From: Cenococcum geophilum
Lineage: Eukaryota
DNA length: 64,000 nt
Reading direction: 5' to 3'
Assembly (NCBI GenBank): GCA_050273025.1
Contig: CP158635.1
Location: 30,814,001-30,878,000 of the forward strand
The notes under the pieces were generated by a model. It worked only from the letters and a program-made list of their open reading frames with translations. It was not told the DNA's origin and did no database searches. This document shows, piece after piece, positions 1 to 11,900 of this stretch (positions are counted from its first letter, which is position 1; each line of letters opens with the position of its first letter). A program made the translations under genes and the position numbers.

Positions 1-449
1 GCCCTTATAAGTTAGTGGAGGTTAGATATAGAGCATGCGGATTTAATTATTGGATATAATATAACTGGAAATTAGACTCTAAACTATATCCTAATATATT
101 ATATTAAGCCATCCTTTAATTTACTTCTTAACACTTATAAATAGATCCTCTAAGTACTTACTCTTTGCAATCTTCTTAGTATATAGTGCGATAATATTAT
201 ACTCCTTATAAGCCTATAACAAATTATCGCAATTAGAGCAATAGCATAAACCTCTAGATAATGGACTCGTCTCCTTATACGGCTTAAGTAGAATATTGCG
301 TAGATATTTAGTAGCTTTATTCGCGAGCTTATATAATATATCTAGAAGTACCGCCCGTTTCTCTATATTAGTCTTCACCCTCTTCTATTTTTCTATATAT
401 TTAATCGGCAAGGCTAATAATATTATATTCTTATTAAGTATTTAATCCT

Positions 450-2100
450 CCTCCTCCTAAGCAGATACCTGCAAGATAATATTACTGTTAATTATAACAA
501 ATAAAGCTAGATTGCTGGCGAAATCCGCTACCCTATCCTCTTATATCGCTATCCTAGTAGTAATAAAGTTACGGCCGAGTCGGGTAGATAAAGGGGCTAT
601 AGGTTTTTAAGACTTTTGCTTTAGCGGTGCAATATCCGCAAAAGCGCCCTTATACCAGTCTTTAATAAGGATAATTATATATCCAGTAATACCGTTACGT
701 CTAATAGCCCGTCCGAATTGCTGTAATATTATATTTAGGCTTTTATTAGGATAATAACCGTATATAATAGAACGGATAATATTTAGAATATCCGTACTAT
801 AGGCTAGGGCGTCTAATGTAATAAGAATACGGGTAGGTAAGTCTTCTATATAAAAATTTTGATACTCCCTGCTCTTATTACATTTTAATAATATTACATA
901 ATAACTCCGTACTGCTATTTTAGCCTACTTAATAGTATAGCCCTTAGTTATAAGCTACAAACGGATAGTATTTATATACCTATAGATATAGTTTTTAGTA
1001 TAAAGAAAGATTATCATCTTAGAAATTAATTCGGGACTTAAAACCTTTCGCCTTTTTGGCTATATAATACCTCCTATTAAATATTAGATCCGCCCAACTA
1101 ATTAATAAATAAAGGTAGCGGATATTTAACTAGGAGATGCGGATATCCTACTAGGAGCTATAGGCGTTTAGCTAGATAATGCGGATATCTAGCCAAGGGT
1201 CGCGGATATATAATCCTCCTCTACTACTGCCTCCTTAAATGCCTCTTTAATAATAAAGAATAGTGCCTTATAATTATTCTTATCCCTCCTCTTAATATAG
1301 CCCCTAATAATGGATAGGTCAGGCTAATTAATATCCATTTATTTAAGATCTGTTATACTTTAATAAAACCCCGTTAGCTTTATTACCTTTATATACGTCT
1401 CCTTATTAAGTATTATAGTATATATAAACCACGGCACTATTAAACTAAGCAGTAATTACACCTTAAAGAGCTATATGTAATAGGGCCGGAAGCTCTTACC
1501 CTAATTAGCAACTAAATAATACTTATTAATTATAACTAAGGAAACATGCGAGCGAAAAGTGGGCTAAGTAAGATATAGTGGAACCGTTTACTTAACAGCA
1601 ACTCTAGTAATACTAGAATATGCATAAACTAACCTACCTTAATATATTTTAGGATATCCGTATATACTTTTATTACCTCTGTATATATAAATACGGGATT
1701 TATTTCTAGAATAGCCCGTATCTTTAATAGCTGCTCCTCTCTAATTACGTTTAAAGGTAATATAATAATAGTAATAGAAGCTCGAATTAGTAATGGAATC
1801 GCCTATATTATTATACTCTTACCCTATAATATCTTCGCCGCTAGGAACAAGTCCCTCTACCTATATATTACCCATCTTAACACCTTAATTTAACTAGGTC
1901 GTCCGCTATATAAATATAAAAGCTTAATAGCTCTATCTATTACGCTTAACTGTTCGTCTTTACTTGCCTCCTATAAGGCTAGAAGCTTATCTTATATATC
2001 CTATAACCGCCTCTCTGCTAGGGACGTAAGATTCTCCCGTGTATAATTATCTAGCTCCTATAAGCTCTATAAGACCTATTAGCGTTTCTGTTTAACTATA
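450..2100 (-). pseudogene. RIP-degraded RecQ-like (SF2 DExH) helicase
   Basis: Manual minus-strand translation gives RDLFLAAKIL*GKSIII*AIPLL (~1860-1790, motif I, AKTxWGKS-like), IINKYYLVAN*GKSFRPYY (~1535-1478, motif II plus aromatic loop, cf. DEAHCISQWGHDFRPDY), TRILITLDALAYSTDILNI (~835-780, motif V) and LQQFGRAIR (~725-700, motif VI). Stops are TAA/TAG consistent with RIP. Ends approximate. Confidence 0.8.
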
Positions 2101-2559
2101 GGCTTCTAACCTTAATGTCTAGCGGGTTTCTTTAGAGCTATAGTAGGTTTTTTATATAGATATAACGCCTAGTAGTAGTAGAGGCACTCCGGGCTAAGGG
2201 AGGATATTTTTAAGGAAGGACCTAACTATAGCACCTACTAGGTATTGTAATGGCTTTAAGTAGTAGATATCTATATATCTATATAGTTTTATTAATATTA
2301 GCAAACTATTTAATAAGATAAATATATTCTTAGGTTTTTAATAACGCGTTTTTTAACTTTAATAAAATTAATATTAGGACTAAGTAATAGTCGTATTATA
2401 AAATTCATACTATTTAAAAGCCCTAAGTCTTAAAAATAATATATAAACTTTTGGTAATAATAACGCGTTATATAAATAAATAAATTAGATATCCGTAATC
2501 TCCGTTTTGTGGATTTTATTTAGGATTTTAATAAAACTCGCCAAACGCCCTTAGACGTG

Positions 2560-3702
2560 ATTTTGCAATTCGGAAGACGGCGTAGGTTATTCCGACGCTA
2601 GCTAAAAAATCACGTCTGAGCTCGCTGAGGTAAAGTAGCTCATTTGAATAAGGAAACTTAGTAAATTACTATATCAAAAATCTAGACGATTTTATCAATT
2701 ATATATGATTCTACAGCCTCAAATCGAGACTTGGCAAATTTTGATTTTGGTGTGCATTGAGTGGGACCGTGCACGGAGGGGGGAGAACCCGTATTGTCGC
2801 CACCATCACCACCACCCTCCACGAGCCCGCTCCAAGAACGCCCATCATCAGAATACGCTGCTGCCACTCCTCCCCCTCCTACCTCAACCGATACACCTAC
2901 CCAGCCGTCGCCCTCCTCTCCTCGCCTAGTTTCTCCTGTCCGTCCCTCATACGCCGCCGTTGCGTCTCGCCCTTACCCAACGTCACCATCACCGCCATCG
3001 AAGCCTCGTCAATCTTTAGCCTCCACACCGCCAGCACCAACAACTACACTGCGTACTTCTAGAGCCTCCCCGCCGGCACCAGCGACTACTCCATCACGGC
3101 GCCGCTCACCACATACATCGTCGCCTGTCCTCTCCATACACGACCTAGAACGCCGATTCCAAAACAAGTCGAGCCCCCTTTACGACCAGCACCTGTATCA
3201 CTCTACACGAAATCCCCCCAACACTAGTCTTACACGACTTTTGCACGCTATCGCAGACCTCATCGGATCTTATAACACAAACTACATCGTTAAACACGAC
3301 CATTATCCTTCTATATGGTATTAGCGAAGCACGAACCGCACATGCGGTTTTCGTTTATTTAGGCTTATAGGAGATTACGTTGGGATCTGGAAGAACCACT
3401 ATTAAACTAAGTTAGAGCAAAAAGGTACTCTGACTTGCTATATTTCAACGGCATCGTATTACTTTCCTTTATTTCCTATGTTGATCACAGCGTTAAATAA
3501 AGGAGAAATAGCTCTCATAGTTGGCTACTGAATTGGAGCTGGTATAATTCGTGTCAGTTTACTCTAGTTAGCGCTCAGTAACGGCCCATACCCAAGTTAG
3601 ACGGTGCATGGCCATAATAGAACATACATACATATATACATACATACATATATACATACATACATATATACATACATACATATATACATACATACATACA
3701 TA
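2560..3702 (+). mobile_element. Probable non-autonomous non-LTR retroelement: Pro/Ser-rich ORF followed by an (ACAT)n tail
   Basis: ORF 2761-3324 (187 aa, Pro/Ser/Thr-rich) followed about 300 bp later by a tetranucleotide tail at 3622-3702. Simple-repeat 3' tails are typical of fungal LINE/SINE families. No RT seen, no TSD found, 5' end uncertain. Confidence 0.4.
3622..3702. repeat. (ACAT/ATAT)n microsatellite
   Basis: About 20 tandem ACAT units with C>T variants, directly visible. Confidence 0.95.
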
Positions 3703-3864
3703 TGTTTTCGTGGCGTGCACTTTGAAAGTCCCTTAAAAAGGACACGTTGTCGATAAGTAAGGCTGGTTCGGGTGCCCGTAATGGGGCACCCGACACTTAA
3801 TCAAATTTGGTTTAGCGGACGATGAACCCTAGTCTAAAGCGAGCAGCTGCAAAAAGCCAGCACT

Positions 3865-4110
3865 TGGTGTACCCACGATATTGATGAGTACCCACACCCA
3901 TAATGGAAGGGAGTATCCAAAATGGGGAGTACTCCTGATAGTGAGGAGTACCCACGATAATGAGGAGTACCTATGACAATGAGGAGTACCCGCGATAAAG
4001 GGGAGTGCCCACAAGTGGCAGTGCCCACGGTAACGGGGAGTACCCATGATGTTAGGGAGTACCCACAATGGTGGGTACCCATGATAGTTGGGAGTAACGG
4101 GGAGTGCCTG
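3865..4110. repeat. Degenerate ~18-20 bp minisatellite (GAGGAGTACCCACGATAAT-like)
   Basis: About 12 recurrences of the GAGTACCC/GAGTGCCC core. A perfect hairpin TCGGGTGCCC-gtaatg-GGGCACCCGA lies just upstream at ~3768-3793. Confidence 0.85.
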
Positions 4111-4593
4111 CAGCGATATGCCTTTGGCCGGTTCATGCTATTTAATTAATATTTAACGTCCATCCCTGCGTGGCGGAAAACCCTACGTGCCGGAACGACT
4201 TCATGGTTTGGGGGTCTTAAATCTCCACCACATAAATATATAAAGTTATAATCAGTTTGCTATTAGTCTTTGGCTATTTCTCTATAAGGGCTCGACTTAC
4301 GTTCTGAAAAATATTATGGTTTGGTTATGCTAATCGATTATCCCGAAGACGGTGTCAAAAGCCGCTTTAGCTATTCCCCCCTGCTTTATAATAACTATTG
4401 GCTTGACTCTAAATATCGGGACTATAACACAAAGCTCCTATTAAGAAAGAATATAGCTCTAAAGTTTAAAGACATAGAAGCGTGAGGCAACCTTTATGCC
4501 GGATTTATCCGGATAAAGTAGGAGGAGGTACACAATACGCCAAGCATCTTATTAAGCGAAGGAGGTGCTTATATAATATCACATTTACACTTA

Positions 4594-4819
4594 ACGTGTT
4601 CCACCACTCATCCGGCCACACCAGTCATCCGGCCACCCCACCAGCACCAAGACGCGTCTTCGTACCAAAACAATAATGTCGTTAATTCGGAACTCTAAAT
4701 CACCCCGAAAAGAGGGTAGACTACTTCTTGCTAAACAAACCGTTCAAAATAATAGAATTTTAAGTATTCGTAGGGCTGCAACGTGGTAGGGTGGCCGGAT
4801 GACTGGTGTGGCCGGATGA
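4594..4819 (+). mobile_element. Miniature internally deleted Fot1/pogo-like element (MITE)
   Basis: Inverted repeat TCATCCGGCCACACCAGTCATCCGGCCACCC (4608-4638) vs GGGTGGCCGGATGACTGGTGTGGCCGGATGA (4789-4819). Left end starts TA|ACGT; the outermost ~14 bp of the right TIR are missing. Interior encodes MSLIRNSKSPRKEGRLLLAKQTVQNNRILSIRRAAT, resembling the N-terminal HTH start of fungal pogo transposases. Confidence 0.75.
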
Positions 4820-5253
4820 TACGGTAAATCAATCTTTTTGTCACGTAAAGCGTAGTGCTTAAAAGTCATATGGAGTGTGGCGTTCTTCTAGAAGTTTCCA
4901 CAGCAGCCACGTATCGAGTTTCTGCACGGAGCTGCCACTCAGTCGTTCCAATCCCCCTATCCCCATCTCAAAGTACTACGGTCCCGGGCCAAATAATTGT
5001 ACTAGTGGGGTACGAAGGTTATGCTTTAGGAGCGACCGCGCCAGTAATTAAAGCCCTTGCGGAGGCCTCCCTGCCAGGAGAGCCTCGAATATACGGTGCC
5101 ACATCAAAACGCAGTGGACTCCCTCTGTTATCGTGTATATAGACGATGCTCGAAAGAATGGAAGGCCCAAAGTTAACAGGATCTCAATCCGTCGGAAGAG
5201 AAAGCCTTCGAAACGTTTTTGAACTAACGTTAGACCCGTCATCTTTATTTTAA

Positions 5254-6318
5254 CTATCGCAGATCTTCCCAATCACAGTCCTTTCCCCAGTGCTCTTCTG
5301 ATCCACAATTGACACAGCGATTAGAGTTCATCCTCCGATCACGGGCTTTGGAAACTGTGTCCGAGTTTGCATGGCAGTCTTTGAGTAGATGCCGATTATC
5401 GCATCTATAGCACTTGAGTCCCGATTTCCCTCTAAAAGTGCCGGAATTCCCAAAGCCAAGCCAGTGTGTCTTCTCTTGCCTGACATTCCCTCGACTAGCG
5501 AATTTTGGATCGGAAACAAATTGTACTCTAAGTTTTAGTTAGCTTTTAGTGCTGGGTTTGAAAAGGATATGGAACTTATACTCGTTAACTTTTTTGTTAA
5601 CAGCTTCTTGAAGCCGCTGAATCGCATTCTCCTGCCCCTCTCCATAGATAATCGGTAGGAAGACACCGAAAATGCCGAACAATGAGTATGCCTTGTCTTC
5701 TTTGCGATAAGTCTCACGACTTGCTGCCCACGACATTCGCTCGGCGACGCTGAAATCAGGTAACGGACTCCCTCGAAGGGCATTGACTGGAATTCCTGTT
5801 ATCTCGCAGATATGACGTTCTAAGGAGGCCTTGTTGCCTAGTAGCTTCCCTTCCTCTGAGAAGAAGTCCACTGATGCCGGCGCAATAAGCTCTTGAAGGG
5901 TCCAGCCTCGAGTAAACCACTCGCTTTTCCGAAATATCAATTCCCAGGGCTCGTTGGACCCGTCGGTCGAATCGGAGCGAGGTCGCGAAACATCTGGTAA
6001 ATAAACGTAGCATTTAGTCGCATCCCGGTACCAGCGAAACATCGAGTTGATAGCCTCTGTGAGCTCAGTGCTATTCGATTTATCGATACAGCAGGTGTCT
6101 ACCCAAAAGTAATGCAACTTGTCGCGCTTCGTCTGTTCTCCACAGAACCGTATCTTGCTATAGCCAGCCTTGCTTTTGCCAGTGCTATTTAATAGATCTG
6201 CAAATGTGACCTCCTCCGCTCCCCACCTGTGCGAAAGTATTGCATACTTGGGTATATCGCTCTCAAAGAACTCGGTCAGGCTAAAATCACCATCGTTCAT
6301 ATATTGTAGTAGACGCAT
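5254..6318 (-). CDS. HET-domain (heterokaryon incompatibility, HET-E-type N-terminal domain) protein with two C-terminal CCHC zinc knuckles; predicted exons 6318-5582 and 5527-5254, 336 aa
   Basis: HET motifs YAILSHRWG, FWVDTCCIDK, AINSMFRWY, WFTRGWTLQELIAP in ORF 5539-6441; likely start MRLLQY at 6318. Predicted 54-nt intron 5581-5528 (GTATAAG...GCTAAC...TTAG) joins in frame to a stop-free 91-codon exon containing CYRCDNRHLLKDC and CVNCGSEEHWGKDC. No RIP damage. Confidence 0.9.
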
Positions 6319-7429
6319 TATTCGACTAGGTTCGAGGATCGCAGGAGGAAAGATTCTTGGTAGCTGTTGAGCCGTCGAAGTAGCATAGATGCAGAGTGAG
6401 GTGAAGGTTTGGGAGAAGATGTCGGGTTGAAGCTGGCACATTCAGCTGAGCGGCAGCCTCGGGGCAATGGCATTGTTATGCATCACTGCACCGCGCGAGA
6501 CCTGCCAATCACACGATCCTCTGCATTGACAATGCAGCTGTCTCGATTGCTGAGCCGCAAGTGGTGCTTATCAAGAGCATGAATGGTTTGTCTCTGGTCC
6601 CAGAGTGACTAATATCGCTGCCTCAAGGTATGCTGCTTGGCTAATGATTATGGTTCAAGATTTTGTTTGCGATTCTCGTGGCTGGGCCAACTAAGTTACA
6701 CCAAGTATTTCATATTACTAAGCTAGATATGGCGCACCTGGTGCACCACACACTCCAGCCACTCTTGGCCTTTGTGCCTAAGGCTGAACAATTGAAATTA
6801 CGGTGTAAATATTGCGGTGTGATTTTGCACTAACCAAAATCGTCACTCGCTTCGATTCGAGGTACAGATCTGCGTGTCATGCATGAATTTACACGCTATA
6901 GCAGCCATAAGGCTGATAACTATCTCCCGCATAGTAATAAGGCTTAAAAGCTCGGATAAAACAACCTTATAAGTATTAGGCGTAGTAGGAGCTTAGTAGT
7001 AGGGCTGTAGTAAAGAGGGTCTATTACGCTATAAAAGGAGACTCTTTACAAATCAGGTGTAAGGACGACCATACGAATATGATTTTTTAGTTAGAGGGAT
7101 TTAGGGTGTCTAAGAGTAGCCACGGAAAACAACTTTTAAAAATTATATAAGATATTATAGTATACACAGATTTTAAGATGCTTAAAGTCAAAGTACCTAT
7201 TATTTTTCCCGGCACGTAGGGTTTTCCGGCACGCAGGGATAGACGTTATATCGCTTTATTTTTATAAATTAGAAAATAGATACTTTAATTATAATGTATC
7301 TCTCAGCTAAGTTATAGTAATTACTAGAGATCTCTGTAAGAGTCTTTACTATAGTTAATTTTGGGCCATCCTAAAGAGAAATATCCCTTAGGATGCCCTA
7401 CCTAAACCATATACTAGTTTAGTCTTAGC

Positions 7430-7760
7430 AAATCACCTTAGTCGCACGATTTTCTAGCTCGTTAAAATATACTGGCGTTTTCTTAACTAATGTAGGATAG
7501 AACTTTTCCTTTAAAGTAGTTAGTAGTCCGTATAGTAATAGAGAGAAGAGGGCCTACCAGATCTTGTGGGTTTAGAGGCCATAAAGGTTAATCTATAGAC
7601 GTATAGGTATAAAATCGACCGTTACGCCGTATTAGGATATAGCAATCTGCGTTATAGTCTCGCTTTAATCTATTAGCCTTTTGTAAAAAGGTCTCCTTTT
7701 ACTTTTAAAAATTCTCGTTTATGGCTCGCTTTGACCTTAGTAGTGACCTTTACTTTAAAT
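7430..7760 (-). pseudogene. RIP-degraded small MADS-box/SRF-like transcription factor gene
   Basis: Minus strand reads NENF*K*KETFLQKANRLKRDYNADCYILIRRNGRFYTYTSID*PLWPLNPQDL, then an intron (GTAGG...CTAAC...AAG, ~7556-7510), then EKFYPTLVKKTP. Matches the F-x-KRK-x-x-L-x-KA-x-x-L...A-D/E pattern of MADS boxes once RIP stops are reverted. Confidence 0.7.
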
Positions 7761-8827
7761 ATATTACCGTAGTAGTAGATAATTAATGGCTTATTAGCGT
7801 TTTGTGGGGTAACTAGGGTGCGAGTTAGCTCTAAATTGCATATTAATAAGGTGGGAATATTGAGAATAAATATAGAATCCACCCCTTAATATTGGCCTAA
7901 GTTTTAACTAAAAATAAGATCTTGTTTTAAGAACTGGATCCAATTCTAAAAACTATATTTTAATTCTAAAGGCTATTTCCTAATTCTGGGTCCTAGACGT
8001 ACTAAACATGACTAAAAAGATATAGTATTAAGCCGATTCTAGAGACTAGATCCTAATTCCGGTTTTAGGATATAGGCCAATTAACAATTATAAAAGGGGT
8101 GTAATTTTAAAGACTAGATCCGGTTCTAGGAACGGGATTTAGTTTTTAGGAAATAGGCTAATTAACTGCTGTAAAAAGAGGTTGCCTATATCTGTATTTG
8201 GTATATTAGGTTTAGCTTATTTTAGAATTAGCTATGTAATTAATTATAGGCATATATACGACCAACCTAATAATTAACCCGCTTTCGCAGCTATACCTTA
8301 CCTAGCGCCTTTAGCATTACTACATTAGAGCCTCACTCTATTTAAGCCTTAGGTATTATAGAATAAACTAAAGCTAATAATTATAATTAGTGTCGGTATA
8401 CTCGCTTTATTAACGTGCACGAATATCACTTATAGTGGTACGTATGCGGTATTAAAGTTAGTAGTTAATTAATGTCTAGAAATAGGGGTTTGCTCTAAGG
8501 TTAGATTAGCTAGTCTCGCTTTATGGTTTTATAACCACGTTATATAACTAACATTCCGATACTAGAGCAACTCTAAGAAAAAGGCTAATCTATACTTTAA
8601 AGCTAAGTCTGTTTCTAGACTATTTATAGCATATACGTAATAGCTAAAGATCTAATTAATACGTAATAGTTTCCACGCTCCTCTTATAGGTCCGTAATTA
8701 TATAACTAGTATTACGGCTTATATTAATACCTCTAAATAAAAGCTTATAGAATGCTATATTACAAGGACACTAAGCTAAAAAAAAGAAGGAGAAGGATTG
8801 TTAGGGGTAGTAGGTTAATATATCGCG

Positions 8828-8926
8828 AGGGCCGCTAAGGCGCTAGTGGTAAGTAAGCCAATAGCGATTTTCTATCCCGGGGATAGAAAATCCTGATTGG
8901 CTGGTTAAATTCAGGGTCCGCAGAAT
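8828..8926. other. Shared palindromic module, copy 1 of 5 (others 19638-19785, 29691-29791, 56152-56282, 61586-61738)
   Basis: AGCCAAT-agc-GATTTTCTATCCC-g-GGGATAGAAAATC-ctg-ATTGGCT; homologous segments occur in the 3' non-coding regions of five different retroelements. Confidence 0.9.
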
Positions 8927-11900
8927 ATGGCGGGTGGTGTGCCCTAGCACTGTCACAACCTAAAAACCACCTTCTATTACTTCTTACGCTCTACCTAACC
9001 TACAGCCTATATATTGACCTAGTTTGTGTTAATAAGTCGCTATAGGGCGACGTAAGGCTTCCCCTTGGTTATCGCGTCTGTAGGGTTAGCTTTACTATTA
9101 ATCCATTTAACCTCTATAATTTGCTAACGTTTATAGGCTTATCGCAGGCACATTATATTAATTATTAATCGCTTCTCTTATGTGGTTCTAAGTTGTACGA
9201 GATAGTTGTATAGCGACTTAGAATTGGTGTAAAGCATAAGTGGGAGGTTGATCTGTAGGACCTTGTCTACTATAGACTTAATGGCGATGGCGATATTAAA
9301 GCTATAAGCTATTCCGTAGAGTTTAGAAGCCAGAACGCTTCTAGTGACTCTTTTATACTTAATTAAGCTCCAATAGATAACGTTGGCCTTTTTAGTTGCG
9401 TTAGCTAGTACAATAATGTAGCTAATTTACGAAGAGAGGTCCTTGTTATTGGTAAAGGAAGCGTCTGTAAAGACTAAGAGCTATAGGGTCTTAGCCTCTA
9501 ATTTAATAAACTTAAGACCTCTATATAAGTTCTAAATCTACCAACTTAGGCGCTTATTTAACTCCTTCGTATTTACCTCTTTAGGATTAGTTACCTGGGT
9601 AGTAAAGGATAAGTTAAATAAAGCCTTTAGTTAACAGACTAAGGTAATATAGGCTTCTCTAGCGCGTTAAGCAATATACTAGTCCTTTAGCGTAAGTAGG
9701 CCGCGCGTAATTTCTCTAGAGCTAGTGCTGTTTGCTAGCGTAATATTAACCACACTAAGGTTCTTATACTGGCGCTTTTACGTTAGCGTAATACTCTTAT
9801 CTTATACTAATTAAATAAGTCCTCTATTAAACTTAACTAGTATATTAGTAGTTAGTTGCTCTCGCTCCTTAGCTATAAATTTAGCCTTATATAGTTCGCT
9901 TTATTTAGCCTCTATAAAGGTGTTATCTATAAGGAATAGCGTATTATTAGTCTGTAAGCCGATAATTCCAAAAGGTTTATTGCTGTAAAGTAAGCAAGGG
10001 TCGTATATAGACTAGTCCATTCGCAGCTAATTGACGTAGTATAAATGGTAGGTCTTAAACCAGTGGTTTCCAGCTTTAGGCACTCTATAAAGTGGCTTTA
10101 TAACCTTTAGAACGGAGTCCTTATTAATTCCCAATTGTTTATTTAGCTCGTGTAGTAGTTATACATAGAACTTGCGGTTTAGGTTTGTAGTAGACTGGAT
10201 ATAGGCTTATAAGATGTCTTAGAGGTAGAGTTATATCTGTGGTAGCGTAGCAGCAATATAGAGAATTAGCCGCTAGCTAACTTGTTAAATTGTTAGTAAC
10301 TAAGTAAGGACTAGCTCTTTCTCTAAATTATTATAGGCCTGTATAATAAGTCGTGATTTCTTAAAGGCTTTATCGGTTCCCTTATTCTTAATCTTATTAA
10401 CAAACCGTGAATTAAAGAGTCTAACCCCCTTTGGCATATTATATAGCTTAATGATCTTAAAGACGCCTTTCTTAAGTAGGCCTATAACCTCCTTTTGCCG
10501 TAAAGCACTAAACTAGGTGTTGCCATTGTTCTATAAGTAAATAGTAGTGTTAGCTATATCTGCGGTATTATTATCTTGTAAGTAGATAGCGATATCAGCC
10601 ATATCTATAATATTACCCGTAAGGGCATCTATGTCTATTATAGCGTCCGTAACAGCCGTGTTTGCGACAGCTGTAAGCAATAGGTATTTACGGGGGCGAC
10701 CTCTGCCTCGCTTTAGCGGTAGCTGTGGTTCAGCTTTAGGTAACGATTAAGGTTTAGCTGGTATAGGTACTAGTTTAGCTGATTTAATAGACTCTTGTAG
10801 TTTAACTAAGTCTTATAGGTCTAGTAGGTAAGATTTTACGACCGTGAAGCGGAAGGTTGTAGGCCTATTTAGTAGCTTTATGGTGTAGGTTTTACCGTTA
10901 ACGGTAAGTAGTATATATGGCCCGTCCCAATAACCGCTTTAGCTAGTGTTGCCTTCTCTCTAAACTAAGACAGGCGAACTAGGTAGGAGGCCGTAAATAG
11001 CGTTAGTTCGTTGTCTATTTCGCGTATTAAGAGCGTTAGCGATCTATTGTTTAGCTTAAAGCTTCTAGATTTCTACCATTGCTTTCTTAATAGCCGCAGC
11101 TCGCTATACAACTAAAGGTAATAGTGCGTCTAATTTAACCATTTGGGGTAGGCTCCAAAGACTAGGAGTGTAGGGACTAGGCCTTCTAGGCTAGCCGTGT
11201 CATTAATAGCTTTAAAAGCTATTTATAGGGCTATCTCCTTACTAATTTTAGGGATTTCAGATATAATGATTTAGTAGGCTCGTCGTAGCAGACTATAGTA
11301 GCGCTCTACCATTCTAATGGAATTGTGTAATTCGACTAGAACTAACTTTATAGTTACTCCTATAGTAGCAGCGTAGTGCTTAAACTCCTTACTAACAAAG
11401 TTCTTCTTAGCGTCTGTGGTAATTAAGTCTAGTAGTCCTAAATAGCTATTAATCTAGCACATTTATAAAACGTCCTAAGTATACTTGGCGCTAATATCCC
11501 GTAGCTATCTGCCAGTTTAAAATTAAGTTACTTTGTTGACTACGTATAGTAGGGGGGAGCCGCTAATATATATAATGTCGACGATAATATTGTAGTTAAA
11601 ATTAACGTCGTCTTATAAGGTAAAGCGAAATCTACTTAGAGATTTGCTAAACTTCTAGCAGTAGTAGCAGAGTCTAGTTAGCTCTTTAATAGCGGATCTA
11701 TTAGTATTATAGCCGTAGCCAGTCTTATTAAGAAGCTTTTATAATTTATTAACTAATAGGTAACTAAATCGACGGTATAGACGTCGTAGCTCTACGTTAG
11801 TTAAGTAGCAAGGGTTCGCGTTAAAGAACTTAACTAGATAAGACTATAAAGAGAAGCTCTATATAAGAAACGGGTGGCTAAATCGTCTAACTACTGGCAC

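Larger units (their letters stand above)
4156..7246. mobile_element. Tc1/mariner (Fot1/pogo-like) TIR pair with TA TSD enclosing the HET gene
   Basis: Left ACGTCCATCCCTGCGTGGCGGAAAACCCTACGTGCCGG (4156-4193). Reverse complement of 7209-7246 is ACGTCTATCCCTGCGTGCCGGAAAACCCTACGTGCCGG (36/38 identical). TA immediately outside both ends (4154-4155, 7247-7248). No intact transposase inside. Confidence 0.8.

Noticed and set aside
1..2500. Telomere-adjacent location suggested by the RecQ-like helicase
   Set aside because: No (TTAGGG)n or (CCCTAA)n array is present in the window, so a subtelomeric position cannot be supported here.
3575..4136. ORFs 3575-3796, 3829-4068 and 3834-4136
   Set aside because: They arise from the ACAT microsatellite and the ~19-bp minisatellite.
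5328..6370. Short ORFs 5328-5519, 5535-5783, 5756-6013 and 6170-6370
   Set aside because: Alternative-frame or antisense shadows of the HET gene. The proposed second exon is in a different frame from 5328-5519.
6319..6441. 41-aa N-terminal extension of the HET ORF
   Set aside because: HET-E-like proteins typically begin MRLL, so ATG 6318 is the more plausible start. Not proven without transcript data.
8828..8926. Shared module as a hammerhead ribozyme or tRNA-derived sequence
   Set aside because: No CUGAnGA/GAAA three-stem core or cloverleaf could be fitted by eye (CTGATTGG is not CTGATGA), and orientation relative to transcription is mixed.
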